The notes under the pieces are model-generated. The model made no database searches. It was not told where the DNA came from and saw nothing but the letters and a program-made list of their open reading frames with translations. Of a stretch of 64,000 bases of DNA, positions 18,099 through 27,481 are shown one piece after another (within the stretch, counting starts at the first letter, position 1; the number at the start of each line of letters is the position of its first letter). The position numbers and the translations under genes were made by a program. Source of the stretch: Candidatus Omnitrophota bacterium (GTDB taxonomy: Bacteria; Omnitrophota; Gorgyraeia; 2-02-FULL-51-18); the NCBI GenBank assembly GCA_945877765.1, contig CAMDWQ010000006.1, forward strand, positions 15,046 to 79,045, given 5' to 3'.

Positions 18099-18338
18099 AT
18101 GGAGCAGCTTATAGCGAGTTTCCCAAAAAATAAATTCGAGGAAGTGCGGGTGGCAATCAAAGAATTTAAAGGTTATGATTTATTGGATATCCGGGTGTAT
18201 GCCGCTACCAAAGACGGCGAGGAAAAGGTTCCTACGGGAAAAGGAATCTCTGTCAACGTCAGTCATTTTGCTGAGCTCAAGCAAGCTTTTTTGGCAGCCG
18301 AAAAGGTTTTGAAGGAGAACAATCTTCTTCATGAGTAA
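18099..18338 (+). CDS. PC4/YdbC-like small ssDNA-binding-fold protein
   Basis: 79 aa. EVRVAIKEFKGYDLLDIRVYA...PTGKGISV resembles the bacterial YdbC / eukaryotic PC4 fold pattern. GGAG RBS. Confidence 0.5.
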   Translation: MEQLIASFPKNKFEEVRVAIKEFKGYDLLDIRVYAATKDGEEKVPTGKGISVNVSHFAELKQAFLAAEKVLKENNLLHE

Positions 18339-19167
18339 AATTATTGAAGCGCTTAAGGGCAGCCGACTATCTACAGCGGATCAGCCTACTCAAGAAAAAG
18401 AGATTCTTTTTGAGAGGACCAGCCGTGAAATGACACAGGAGCAGCTGGCTGAGATCTATTTTTCAGCCACGGGAAAACCCAAGCCCGTAGAAGCCCCGAT
18501 CATCATCCGTGTGATCGAAAAACAAAGAATTGCTTCCGTTGTGCCATGGATAATCACATCGCTGGCTTTTTTGATAACTGCTTTTAGTCTTTTTTCTACC
18601 AAACGAATCTTTGTGGATATCCGTGTCGTGGATGAAAAAACAGCTTATGCGGTCAGCCAGAGCCAACCCACGGAAACTAATGACGAAAAAGTGCTTTCAA
18701 GTGAGAGTAGCCACTTTGATGAAGATCAAGGCAATAGCATTTCTTTGCAAGAATTTATTTTTGAGGGTGCCGCCTATCTCAAAAGCTCGCGAAACAGCAA
18801 CCTCTTGACCCTCGTCAACAGCTCGGTAGCACCTTTTGCGCGAGCAACCATCAATTTTGATCGGCCGCTCAATATGCGCAGAGGAAAGATTGTGTTCTAC
18901 GCCAAAGGGGCGAAGGGCGGGGAAAATTTGGCGCTGGCCCTGAAGGATGAAGACAACAACCAAGCTTTTTTGAGGGGTAAGAGGTACCCCTATCCTCAAG
19001 GACTTACCTCTTCATGGCAAAGAACGGAAATCGCGCTAACAGATCTTTCTAGTGAATTTAATCTTAAGAGCGTGACTACGCTCCGCTTTGAATTTGGATC
19101 AAAAGACACCGCTAACCGCCCCGGTGATACCATCCTCATCCGAGACCTTCGGTGGTTTTCAAACTAA
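18331..19167 (+). CDS. membrane-anchored protein, function unknown (candidate ParA partner)
   Basis: 278 aa. Roughly 80-aa N-terminal cytoplasmic region starting MSKIIEALKGSR, one transmembrane helix (VVPWIITSLAFLITAFSLFST), and a ~190-aa exported C-terminal domain. Start overlaps the upstream stop. Confidence 0.45.
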   Translation: MSKIIEALKGSRLSTADQPTQEKEILFERTSREMTQEQLAEIYFSATGKPKPVEAPIIIRVIEKQRIASVVPWIITSLAFLITAFSLFSTKRIFVDIRVVDEKTAYAVSQSQPTETNDEKVLSSESSHFDEDQGNSISLQEFIFEGAAYLKSSRNSNLLTLVNSSVAPFARATINFDRPLNMRRGKIVFYAKGAKGGENLALALKDEDNNQAFLRGKRYPYPQGLTSSWQRTEIALTDLSSEFNLKSVTTLRFEFGSKDTANRPGDTILIRDLRWFSN

Positions 19168-19171
19168 CGTC

Positions 19172-20254
19172 ATGATAATCATTTCGGTCTCTAATCAAAA
19201 AGGGGGTTGCGGCAAGACGACCACAGCCATCAATCTGTCAGCGTCACTAGCATCCCTTGGCAAGAAGACCTTGCTAGTGGATCTGGATCCTCAGGCCCAC
19301 GCGACGTACGGCATGGGTATTCATGCAGAAAAAATCACAGGCTCCATGTACAATGTCATGACGGACCAGGCCGAAAAAAAGAAGAAATTTATCGAAGATA
19401 TCCTAGTCCCTGCCGGAGAAGGGTTGGATGTGGCGCCGTCCCACATCCTACTAAGCACAATCGAGCAGGAGTTCACCAACAAAGAAGAGTCTGTTTCCAG
19501 GCTTCATCAGATTCTTCACAGCCTATCATTTCCGTATGATTTTATAGTCATTGATTGCCCTCCAAGCCTCGGTTTTTTGACTTTCAATGCGCTGAGAACT
19601 TCTGATCTTGTAGTTGTGCCAGTCGAATTAAGTTCTTTTTCACTAATGGGTGTGGACAAGCTCCTTAGCATGGTGGAACTAATCCGTGTCAAACTTCAAC
19701 ACACACCCAAAGTATTAGCGCTGCCAACGATGGTCGATATGCGTACCAATCTTTCGCGCCACATGATGGACCAAATCCGAGAATCCTTTGGCGAACATGT
19801 GCTTTCAACCGCAATTCGTCAGACAGTCCACGTGCGCGAATCCCAGATGAAGGGGGTGCCGCTATTACGTCATTGCCCGAAATCCAAAGGAACGATTGAC
19901 TACCTAGTTTTGGCCCAGGAAATCATGGCTAAAACGCTTCCTGAGTCTGAGTTTGCAGCGCTGACGCCGCCTAAGGGACGAGAGGTGGTTACCAATTTTC
20001 TTCGAGATTTTTCCGTTAGAACTGAAAGTGCTAGCGAAGTCTACATTGTGGGCGATTTTAATCATTGGTCTGTTTCTGAACAATCAAGGCTCTGGGAGAA
20101 GGAAAAAGGCATTTGGCAAAAAAAAGTTTTTTTGGGCCCAGGAAAACACCGTTACAAATTCATCATTGATGGCAATTGGGTAACAGACCCCTCCAACGAT
20201 CACATCGAGCCAAATCCCTACGGCGGCGTTGATTCTGTGCTTGAAATTACCTGA
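19172..20254 (+). CDS. ParA/Soj-family ATPase fused to a C-terminal CBM48 / AMPK-beta glycogen-binding-like module
   Basis: ATG at 19172 (the track starts earlier, at 19088). Deviant Walker A box KGGCGKTT in MIIISVSNQKGGCGKTTTAINL. C-terminal ~90 aa (VYIVGDFNHWSV...WQKKVFLGPGKHRYKFIIDGNWVTDPSN) match the CBM48/AMPK1_CBM pattern. Confidence 0.75.
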   Translation: MIIISVSNQKGGCGKTTTAINLSASLASLGKKTLLVDLDPQAHATYGMGIHAEKITGSMYNVMTDQAEKKKKFIEDILVPAGEGLDVAPSHILLSTIEQEFTNKEESVSRLHQILHSLSFPYDFIVIDCPPSLGFLTFNALRTSDLVVVPVELSSFSLMGVDKLLSMVELIRVKLQHTPKVLALPTMVDMRTNLSRHMMDQIRESFGEHVLSTAIRQTVHVRESQMKGVPLLRHCPKSKGTIDYLVLAQEIMAKTLPESEFAALTPPKGREVVTNFLRDFSVRTESASEVYIVGDFNHWSVSEQSRLWEKEKGIWQKKVFLGPGKHRYKFIIDGNWVTDPSNDHIEPNPYGGVDSVLEIT

Positions 20255-20257
20255 TTC

Positions 20258-20803
20258 ATGCAGGCAAAACTGCCCTACCGAATCGTTGAGTCCAGGTTAA
20301 TTTATGATGGTCACATGGTCCGCCTTGTCAAAGATCGCTTTATTCTAAACAGCTTAAAAAATAAAATCATCACCCGAGAGCTTGTGCAGCACCCAGGGGC
20401 TGTGGCTATTCTTCCTTTTGCCGACAAAAAACATCTTATTCTGCTGCGGCAGTTTCGCTATTCAGCAAAGGGAGATTTATGGGAAATTCCAGCCGGAACA
20501 CTTGAAAAAAATGAAAAGCCCGCTTCCTGTGCTAGGCGAGAGCTCGAGGAAGAGACGGGTTTTCGCGCTGCCCGCTTAAAACGCCTGACTCGATTTTTAG
20601 CTGCACCGGGTATCTGCAATGAAATGATGACGCTTTACCGCGCTGACGGCCTTACGCCTGGCCAAAAGAAACTTGATCATGACGAATTCATTGAACACAA
20701 AAAAGTTTCTGTTTCTAAAGCGCTTCAAATGGTCCGGGGTGGTCAGATTCGTGACGCTAAGAGCATCATCGGCATTCTTTGGGCGGGCTATTTTCATGAT
20801 TAA
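20258..20803 (+). CDS. NUDIX hydrolase (ADP-ribose pyrophosphatase-like)
   Basis: Nudix box GTLEKNEKPASCARRELEEETGF, 181 aa. Confidence 0.8.
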   Translation: MQAKLPYRIVESRLIYDGHMVRLVKDRFILNSLKNKIITRELVQHPGAVAILPFADKKHLILLRQFRYSAKGDLWEIPAGTLEKNEKPASCARRELEEETGFRAARLKRLTRFLAAPGICNEMMTLYRADGLTPGQKKLDHDEFIEHKKVSVSKALQMVRGGQIRDAKSIIGILWAGYFHD

Positions 20804-21359
20804 AGAAGCTAAAATATCCTCCGTGGTATCGCTTTTCCCATTACCTCAGTACGTCGTGGTCTTAGAGGACCTCGAAAAAACACGTCTTGTCCCTATTTGG
20901 ATCGGAGTGCACGAGGGCACTGCCATTGCCCTTGAGATGCAAAAAGAGCGTTTTCCTCGGCCACTCACACACGATCTCTTGGTAAATATTATCCGGGCAA
21001 TGGGTGGCCAAGTGGAAAAGGTGGTTATTAGCGACTTAAAAGATAATAGTTTTTATGCCATTCTTTTTATTCGCCAGGGAGATCGCGTGTTTGAGATGGA
21101 TGCCAGGCCATCTGATTCCTTGGCGATTGCGGTACGAGTCCATTGCCCCATTTTTATCGACGAGAAAGTCCTCCAAAAGTGCCCGCCCTTGTCATCGGGC
21201 CCTATTTCCTCCGAGGACATCGAAAAATTTAAAAAAGACTTAAAAAACATGACGCCGGAAGAATTTTTTAAGGGGTTGGAGGAAGCGCCGCCCAACGAGG
21301 AGCCTAACCCAGAATCCTACGAGGATGACGAAACCTCGGAAGACGATGAAGACAAGTAA
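20796..21359 (+). CDS. bifunctional nuclease family protein (BFN / DUF151)
   Basis: ATG at 20796 overlaps the NUDIX stop. PIWIGVHEGTAIALEMQKERFPRPLTHDLL is typical of BFN. Acidic C-terminal tail. Confidence 0.65.
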   Translation: MIKEAKISSVVSLFPLPQYVVVLEDLEKTRLVPIWIGVHEGTAIALEMQKERFPRPLTHDLLVNIIRAMGGQVEKVVISDLKDNSFYAILFIRQGDRVFEMDARPSDSLAIAVRVHCPIFIDEKVLQKCPPLSSGPISSEDIEKFKKDLKNMTPEEFFKGLEEAPPNEEPNPESYEDDETSEDDEDK

Positions 21360-21441
21360 GATTAATCAGTTTTAATCCAATTTTGCTTATTAATTATCTC
21401 GTGCTAGAATTGACCGATAAAACAGAAAGGAAATACCCGCT

Positions 21442-21810
21442 ATGAAAAACATCAAGATGATCTTCGTTGCAGTTTTTTTTATTTCGACGTTGGCGGTAAC
21501 AGCGCAAGCGCAAGAGTATGCCGCTCGATCGGCAGAAAAATTGGGGCGCGGCTTAGCCGATACCACGCTTGGATGGACAGAGGTTTTTAAGAGTCAGGAA
21601 AAAATAACCGACAAGCACGGCCTAGTTGCCGGCATTTTTTGGGGAACCACGGATGGTCTTGTGAATTCCGTAAAGAGAACAGCGACGGGTCTGGGCGAAA
21701 TCGCTACTTTTGGAATTAACAACCCGGAAAGCGTTAACGAGGATGACAAGCCTGAGTTTCCGCTAACCAATAATCGTGCGGGTTACCGACCAAAAAATTA
21801 CGAGTTTTAA
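21442..21810 (+). CDS. small secreted protein, tentatively exosortase-system-associated TIGR04073-like family (paralog 1)
   Basis: Signal peptide. KLGRGLADTTLGWTEV...GTTDGLVNSVKRTATGLGEIATFG and a C-terminal YRPKNYEF tail. Paralogous to 48880..49221 and 63775..64000. The family assignment is from memory. Confidence 0.45.
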   Translation: MKNIKMIFVAVFFISTLAVTAQAQEYAARSAEKLGRGLADTTLGWTEVFKSQEKITDKHGLVAGIFWGTTDGLVNSVKRTATGLGEIATFGINNPESVNEDDKPEFPLTNNRAGYRPKNYEF

Positions 21811-21919
21811 TTTTTTCCAAACGGCTCGCCCAGTTTTTGAGATTGTGCTCAAAGGGAGAGCTTGTCCTAGATAGGAATTCTCTTTCAAGTGCCAGAATGC
21901 CTGCGGTCTTACCCAGCCT

Positions 21920-23944
21920 ATGACTAAAAAATATATCCTCAAGAGCATTCCCTCCAACGCATCGCTAAGCATTGATTACCAAAATGAACTCAATGCCTCG
22001 CAGTATGAAGTAGTGACCACCGCGGACGGACCGTGCCTGGTTCTGGCCGGTGCCGGCAGCGGTAAAACTCGCACGCTGATTTACCGCGTCGCTTATCTTT
22101 TAGAAAAGGAGGTTCGTTCGGAAGAGATACTTTTGGTGACCTTTACTAACAAGGCCGCTAATGAGATGAAAACTCGTGTGGAGGGGCTTCTTCAGGGGAA
22201 AGCCAAAAATCTTTGGTGCGGCACATTTCACCATATCGGAAACCGTCTGCTAAGAGCCTATGGAAATCTTATAGGACTTGCTCCTGACTTTGGCATTCTC
22301 GATGATGAGGACAGCCGTGACTTGGTGAAAGCCTGCATCAAGCCCTTCGAACCCAATGGACGCGATATGAAATTTCCAAAACCCGGGGTGGTGCAATCTG
22401 TTTTAAGTTTTTCTGTCAACGCCAAGCGCCCAGTGCGCGATGTGGTGCTTCAAAATTATCCTCACTTGATTTCATTCATTCCTGAATTTGAAAAAATAAA
22501 AATTCAATATGATGAAAAGAAGAAGAAAAGCAACAATTTGGATTATGACGATCTCCTGCTTAAGTGGGTTGAACTTTTAAAAAAATCAGACGTGGCCAGA
22601 GAAAAGTTGACACGCCAGTTTCGTTATTGTCTGGTGGACGAGTATCAAGATACCAATCGCATTCAGCATGAAATCATTCAAATTCTTTCCAGCCACCATA
22701 AGAATGTGCTCGTTGTCGGAGATGACGCCCAGTCGATCTATTCGTTTCGCGCTGCGGACATTAAAAACATCCTCGCGTTCCCTGAATATCACGAAAACGC
22801 AAAAATTTTTAAATTAGAAACCAACTACCGATCCACTAAGCCAATACTTGAATTGGCAAACAAAAGCATCAGCCATAACGTGCATCAGTTTCCCAAGACA
22901 TTGAAAAGCCTGCAAAAAGAGGGTTCGCTGCCACAGTTGGTAAAAGTCCGAGACGCTCGCCAGCAGGCGGCCTTTATCGGCCAGAGAATCATCGAGCTAG
23001 GCGAGACGGGGGCTGAGCTTTCAGAGATTGCGGTACTATTTCGAGCTCACTATCAAGCGGCCGAGCTGGAACTAGAGCTAACCAAGCGGGGGATTCCCTA
23101 TTTAGTAAGGGGAGGTATCCGTTTTTTTGAGCAGGCGCACATCAAAGATGTTTTGGCCTACCTAAAAATTATCTCCAATCCCGCCGATGAGTTGGCTTGG
23201 AGCCGCGCGCTCACGCAGCAGCCCGGTATAGGCGCTGGTTTCGCCGAAAAAATTTTTAAGGCGGTCGAAAATGAAAAAGGCGATCTCGTCAAGGTGTCGT
23301 CGGTTGAATTTGGTCAAAACATGCCGCCTCGTGTGCGTGACGGACTTAACGGCTTTAAGAAAATTTTGAAGAGCTTGGTGCGCGAAGGGATTCAAGATCA
23401 TCCGGACATGTTGATTGAAGAAGTGCTCGATAAGGGGTACAACAAGCATGTTTTGATGAATTTTGAAAACGCGCAGGAGCGTCTGGAGGATTTGAGAGAG
23501 CTGGTCAACTTCGCTCACACGTACAAATCTCTGAAGGATTTTCTGGCCGACGCGACACTGCGCGAGGGTTTTCGGGGTGAGAGTTTCGCCAAGGACGGTG
23601 AGCAGGGAGAGCTTTTTCAGCAATTGGTGCTTTCCACCATTCATCAGGCCAAGGGGCTTGAATGGAAGGCGGTATTTGTGATTAGCCTCTCTGAGGGTCT
23701 TTTTCCTCATGCCAAATCCATGGCTTCGGAGGAAAATTTGGAGGAAGAGCGAAGGCTTTTTTATGTGGCGGTAACCCGTGCCAAGGAAGAACTGGTGCTG
23801 ATTCACCCGATGACGCGGTTTGACTATCAAGCGGGGACTATCATCAACCGACCCTCCGTTTTTATTGCGGAACTGCCGGCCAGTGTCTATGATGAAATTG
23901 AGATCGAAGAAAGCGAAGAAGAAAAAACAATCTACCTGGAGTAA
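21920..23944 (+). CDS. UvrD/PcrA-family ATP-dependent DNA helicase
   Basis: Walker A LVLAGAGSGKTRTL, 674 aa, helicase motifs throughout. Confidence 0.85.
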   Translation: MTKKYILKSIPSNASLSIDYQNELNASQYEVVTTADGPCLVLAGAGSGKTRTLIYRVAYLLEKEVRSEEILLVTFTNKAANEMKTRVEGLLQGKAKNLWCGTFHHIGNRLLRAYGNLIGLAPDFGILDDEDSRDLVKACIKPFEPNGRDMKFPKPGVVQSVLSFSVNAKRPVRDVVLQNYPHLISFIPEFEKIKIQYDEKKKKSNNLDYDDLLLKWVELLKKSDVAREKLTRQFRYCLVDEYQDTNRIQHEIIQILSSHHKNVLVVGDDAQSIYSFRAADIKNILAFPEYHENAKIFKLETNYRSTKPILELANKSISHNVHQFPKTLKSLQKEGSLPQLVKVRDARQQAAFIGQRIIELGETGAELSEIAVLFRAHYQAAELELELTKRGIPYLVRGGIRFFEQAHIKDVLAYLKIISNPADELAWSRALTQQPGIGAGFAEKIFKAVENEKGDLVKVSSVEFGQNMPPRVRDGLNGFKKILKSLVREGIQDHPDMLIEEVLDKGYNKHVLMNFENAQERLEDLRELVNFAHTYKSLKDFLADATLREGFRGESFAKDGEQGELFQQLVLSTIHQAKGLEWKAVFVISLSEGLFPHAKSMASEENLEEERRLFYVAVTRAKEELVLIHPMTRFDYQAGTIINRPSVFIAELPASVYDEIEIEESEEEKTIYLE

Positions 23945-23945
23945 T

Positions 23946-25151
23946 ATGAATAAAAAAGCATCGCTTCTGACCGTCTTTATTGTTGTTATGATTGATTTGA
24001 TTGGTTTTGGTATCGTGCTTCCGGGTCTTGAGACCTACGCTGCCGATTTTGGGGCGTCTGCTCTTCTCACCGGACTTATTTATAGTTCTTATTCATTCGC
24101 ACAGCTTATTTTTTCCCCGATTTGGGGCTCTCTGTCGGACCGCATCGGACGACGGCCGGTGATGATGATTAGCACACTCGGCGCTTCAGCCGCCTACCTT
24201 TTATTTGCGTTCAGCCACTCGCTTTGGATGCTTTTGTTCTGCAGGATTTTTGCAGGCGTCATGGCGGGAAATATTTCAGCAGCGCAAGCCTATGTGGCAG
24301 ACGTTACCGAAGAAAAAGACCGCGCCAAGGGCATGGGGTTGATTGGCGCCGCATTTGGCATCGGCTTTGTGGTGGGTCCCGCGCTGGGCGGAATCATCCT
24401 GAAATTCTTTCCAGGCAATCCCTTTAATGTCATTGGTCTTTTAGCGGCCGGTTTGTCTTTTTTGAGCTTTTTTCTTGTCATGACGTGTTTGCCGGAATCC
24501 CGCAGCAAAACAAATCCTGAGGCAGGCAATGAGGTTGTCCGCTCGGGCGTCTTCACAAAACTTTTCTGGACCCGCCTAAAAAAAATCAATTCGGATAGCC
24601 GTGGTGTTTTTCTTGGGCTTCTCATCAATGTGTTTCTTTTGACGCTGGGACAGGCCAGTATCTACGTGGCGTTTCCAAATTTCTGCCGCACGCAGCTTCA
24701 TCTGCCGGTGTCGGCGGTCTACCGTCAGTACATCCTAATGGGCTTGGTGGCCGTGGTAATTCAAGGCGGGTTGATCCGTGTCTTAGCTAAAAAATTCCCA
24801 GAACGCAAAATTTTTTGGCTGGGCAGTCTTCTTCTGGCCCTTGGACTTGGTTCTATTCCTTTCGCTCAAAACATTACGTCCTTAACCGCAGCTATGATGA
24901 TCATGACCGTTGGCGCAAGCTTAGCCGTGCCGGTACTAACCAGCATGATTTCCAAAGAATCCTCTCCTGAGAATTACGGCATGATACTGGGCATCTCGCA
25001 AAGTTTTTCAGCGATGGCGCGAGCCGTTGGACCGACGTGGGGCAGTGTGCTATTGGGCGTATCTTTCCACGCGCCTTTTGTCATCACCGCAGTTCTAGTA
25101 CTTTTGACGTTGCGGGTAGGCTTCACCAGCAAAGCATCCGCTGTCCGTTGA
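23946..25151 (+). CDS. MFS transporter
   Basis: ATG at 23946 directly after the uvrD stop. 12 transmembrane helix pattern, MFS motif GSLSDRIGRRPV. Confidence 0.8.
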   Translation: MNKKASLLTVFIVVMIDLIGFGIVLPGLETYAADFGASALLTGLIYSSYSFAQLIFSPIWGSLSDRIGRRPVMMISTLGASAAYLLFAFSHSLWMLLFCRIFAGVMAGNISAAQAYVADVTEEKDRAKGMGLIGAAFGIGFVVGPALGGIILKFFPGNPFNVIGLLAAGLSFLSFFLVMTCLPESRSKTNPEAGNEVVRSGVFTKLFWTRLKKINSDSRGVFLGLLINVFLLTLGQASIYVAFPNFCRTQLHLPVSAVYRQYILMGLVAVVIQGGLIRVLAKKFPERKIFWLGSLLLALGLGSIPFAQNITSLTAAMMIMTVGASLAVPVLTSMISKESSPENYGMILGISQSFSAMARAVGPTWGSVLLGVSFHAPFVITAVLVLLTLRVGFTSKASAVR

Positions 25152-25188
25152 CAGCTCTCCAAAGTTTTGACATAATCTCGCTATTCCC

Positions 25189-26049
25189 ATGACAGAAAAA
25201 ATAACTAATCCTGTTCGAAAGCTTTTTTTTGGGCTGTTTATATTCCCGCTAGTGATCGCGGTGGGAATGGCAGTGCTTCTTTGCAGTGTGGTGCTGGTTA
25301 CCAATGAAAAAGAGACGCCAGAAACTCTTATCGGCGCCATCAAATCAGGCACGCCGTCCAAGCGCTGGCAAAAAGCGTTTGAACTTTCCAATGAGCTGAA
25401 TAAAACTCATGGTCAGGCACCGCTGAACGCAGGCTTACAAAAAGAAATTCTCTATATTTTAAATGATTCTAGCGGCTACGACGAAAAAACACGCAGTTAT
25501 ATGGCAATGGCACTACATCATTTTCCAGGCAATGAATCAGTGACAGCGTTACAGAAAGCACTTAAAGATTCTTCACAAGAAGTTCAGATTGGCGCGCTCT
25601 GGACGCTAGGTTCTCTTGGCGCCAAAACAGCCACTTCGGACATTGAGTCTTTTTTGACCGCTGAAAAATCAGAGCTTCGTAAAATGGCCGCTTATATTTT
25701 AGGTGTGTTAGGCGAGAAGTCATCGGTACCAAAAATACGACCTCTTTTAAATGATGTGACGCCAGACGTCCAGTGGAATGCGGCGCTTGCTTTGGCGCGC
25801 CTTGGTGACATTTCAGGCTACAAGGTGCTAACGGGAATGCTGGATCGCCGCCAATTTTCTGAAGCAGGAACACAAGAAGCTCAGATTGAAGCGGCGATGA
25901 TCAACGCTATCAAAGGATTGACCTTGATTCAAAACCCCGAATCGATTAAAATCTTTGAATCTATTTCGCGTGAAGATAAGAATATGAAAGTGCGTCAAGC
26001 CGCGATTGATGCGCTTAACTATCAAAAAAAAATGAATAAGAATCTATGA
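25189..26049 (+). CDS. HEAT-repeat (PBS-lyase type) protein with N-terminal transmembrane helix
   Basis: Repeated ...VQ..A..ALG.LG... HEAT-like units, 286 aa. Stop overlaps the Rieske start (ATGA). Confidence 0.6.
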   Translation: MTEKITNPVRKLFFGLFIFPLVIAVGMAVLLCSVVLVTNEKETPETLIGAIKSGTPSKRWQKAFELSNELNKTHGQAPLNAGLQKEILYILNDSSGYDEKTRSYMAMALHHFPGNESVTALQKALKDSSQEVQIGALWTLGSLGAKTATSDIESFLTAEKSELRKMAAYILGVLGEKSSVPKIRPLLNDVTPDVQWNAALALARLGDISGYKVLTGMLDRRQFSEAGTQEAQIEAAMINAIKGLTLIQNPESIKIFESISREDKNMKVRQAAIDALNYQKKMNKNL

Positions 26050-26648
26050 GCGACGGCACTACTCAACCAGCAACAACAGGTCCCACAGCGATTCCGCCGC
26101 AAACTCCATCTACCGTCAAACCAGCGCCATCCAATCCCGCCAATACCGTTATGGGACCTGATAAAATTGATCGGCGTACGTTTATCTCGTGGGCAGGGGT
26201 GGCGTGGGTAAGTTTTGCCGCGGCCACCGGAGGGGCGCTTTCCATTGTTCTACGTTTTCTTTTCCCGAATGTTTTATTTGAACCCCCGACCGCGTTCAAG
26301 GCCGGCTTACCCAGTGATTACGAAGTGGGTGTGGTGGATGAGCGTTGGAAAGAAAAGTTTGGCGTATGGATGGTCCGCACAGCCGAAGGAATCTATGCCT
26401 TGTCGACCACTTGCACTCATCTAGGCTGCACACCCAATTGGCTCCCGGGTGAAGCAAAGTTTAAATGCCCCTGCCACGGAAGCGGTTTTTATAAAACCGG
26501 AATTAATTTTGAGGGACCTGCGCCACGACCTTTAGAAAGATACCGTATTTCTTACTCAGAAGACGGACAGATCGCGATTGATATGAGCAAAAAATTTCAA
26601 CAGGAAAAAGGGGAATGGAACAACCCCGAATCCTTCCTGACGGTCTAA
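26046..26648 (+). CDS. Rieske [2Fe-2S] protein of a cytochrome bc-type complex
   Basis: Rieske boxes CTHLGC and CPCHGS. Tat-like N-terminus RRTFISWAGVAW. Confidence 0.85.
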   Translation: MSDGTTQPATTGPTAIPPQTPSTVKPAPSNPANTVMGPDKIDRRTFISWAGVAWVSFAAATGGALSIVLRFLFPNVLFEPPTAFKAGLPSDYEVGVVDERWKEKFGVWMVRTAEGIYALSTTCTHLGCTPNWLPGEAKFKCPCHGSGFYKTGINFEGPAPRPLERYRISYSEDGQIAIDMSKKFQQEKGEWNNPESFLTV

Positions 26649-26677
26649 GACGGTTACACCCTATATAAGGAAGCGCT

Positions 26678-27478
26678 ATGGCAGATCCCGCACCAAAACC
26701 AAAATTTGACCTCGGAAAATACATCACTGAGACGCAGCTTTACAAATCCATGTTCCGCCATGGCTACACCACGTCGGACCGTGATCGCGCGCTGTCGGTC
26801 ATGACCAATGTCTTTTTCCATCTGCACCCGGTAAAAGTCCGAAAGTCGGGGGCACGTTTTGGATTTACTTGGTGTGCCGGCGGGCTTTCTTTTTTTGTGT
26901 TCCTGACACTGGTCGTCAGCGGCATTCTTTTGATGTTCTACTACCGGCCGACCGTGGAGCATGCGTATAATGATATCTTAGCGCTTCGCGAACACGTCCC
27001 CTTTGGAATTATGCGCGAACTTCACCGCTGGGGCGCCCACGCCATGATTATCACGGTGTGGCTGCACATGTTTCGTGTGTTTATGACGGGATCTTACAAA
27101 CCTCCGCGCGAATTTAATTGGGTGATCGGTGTGCTTCTTTTGGTTTTAACAATGCTTTTGAGTTTTACCGGTTATTTGCTTCCATGGGATCAGCTGGCGA
27201 TGTGGGCAATCACCGTCGGTAGCAACATGGCGCGCGCGACGCCCTTTTTGGGGCATGAGGGGCCCGGGGCTGCGCTTTTAGCGATCGGCGATATACAACT
27301 GGTCACGTCCGGCAGCGATGTACGCTTTGCTTTGCTGGGTGGACGCTTTGTGGGAGCGGGCGCTTTGCTTCGTTTTTATATTTTACACTGCGTGGCCATT
27401 CCGACCATTCTCGTTGTCTTAATGTCTGTCCATTTCTGGAGAATTCGCAAGGACGGCGGAATCAGCGGGCCCTTATAA
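26678..27478 (+). CDS. cytochrome b (b6-like N-terminal heme-binding subunit)
   Basis: 266 aa. Conserved His in transmembrane helices ([18 protein letters not shown]) and the PWDQLAMWA motif. Confidence 0.85.
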   Translation: MADPAPKPKFDLGKYITETQLYKSMFRHGYTTSDRDRALSVMTNVFFHLHPVKVRKSGARFGFTWCAGGLSFFVFLTLVVSGILLMFYYRPTVEHAYNDILALREHVPFGIMRELHRWGAHAMIITVWLHMFRVFMTGSYKPPREFNWVIGVLLLVLTMLLSFTGYLLPWDQLAMWAITVGSNMARATPFLGHEGPGAALLAIGDIQLVTSGSDVRFALLGGRFVGAGALLRFYILHCVAIPTILVVLMSVHFWRIRKDGGISGPL

Positions 27479-27481
27479 TCT

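Noticed and set aside
19088-19171. Upstream extension of the ParA ORF and the overlapping 110-aa ORF at 19207..19539
   Set aside because: The extension overlaps the preceding gene. The ParA family starts immediately before the Walker A box (MIIISVSNQKGGCGKTT). The 19207 ORF is an out-of-frame overlap with no RBS.
23162-23830. 222-aa antisense ORF inside uvrD
   Set aside because: Fully embedded antisense to a well-supported helicase gene. No RBS, no motif. Typical of GC-skewed antisense frames.
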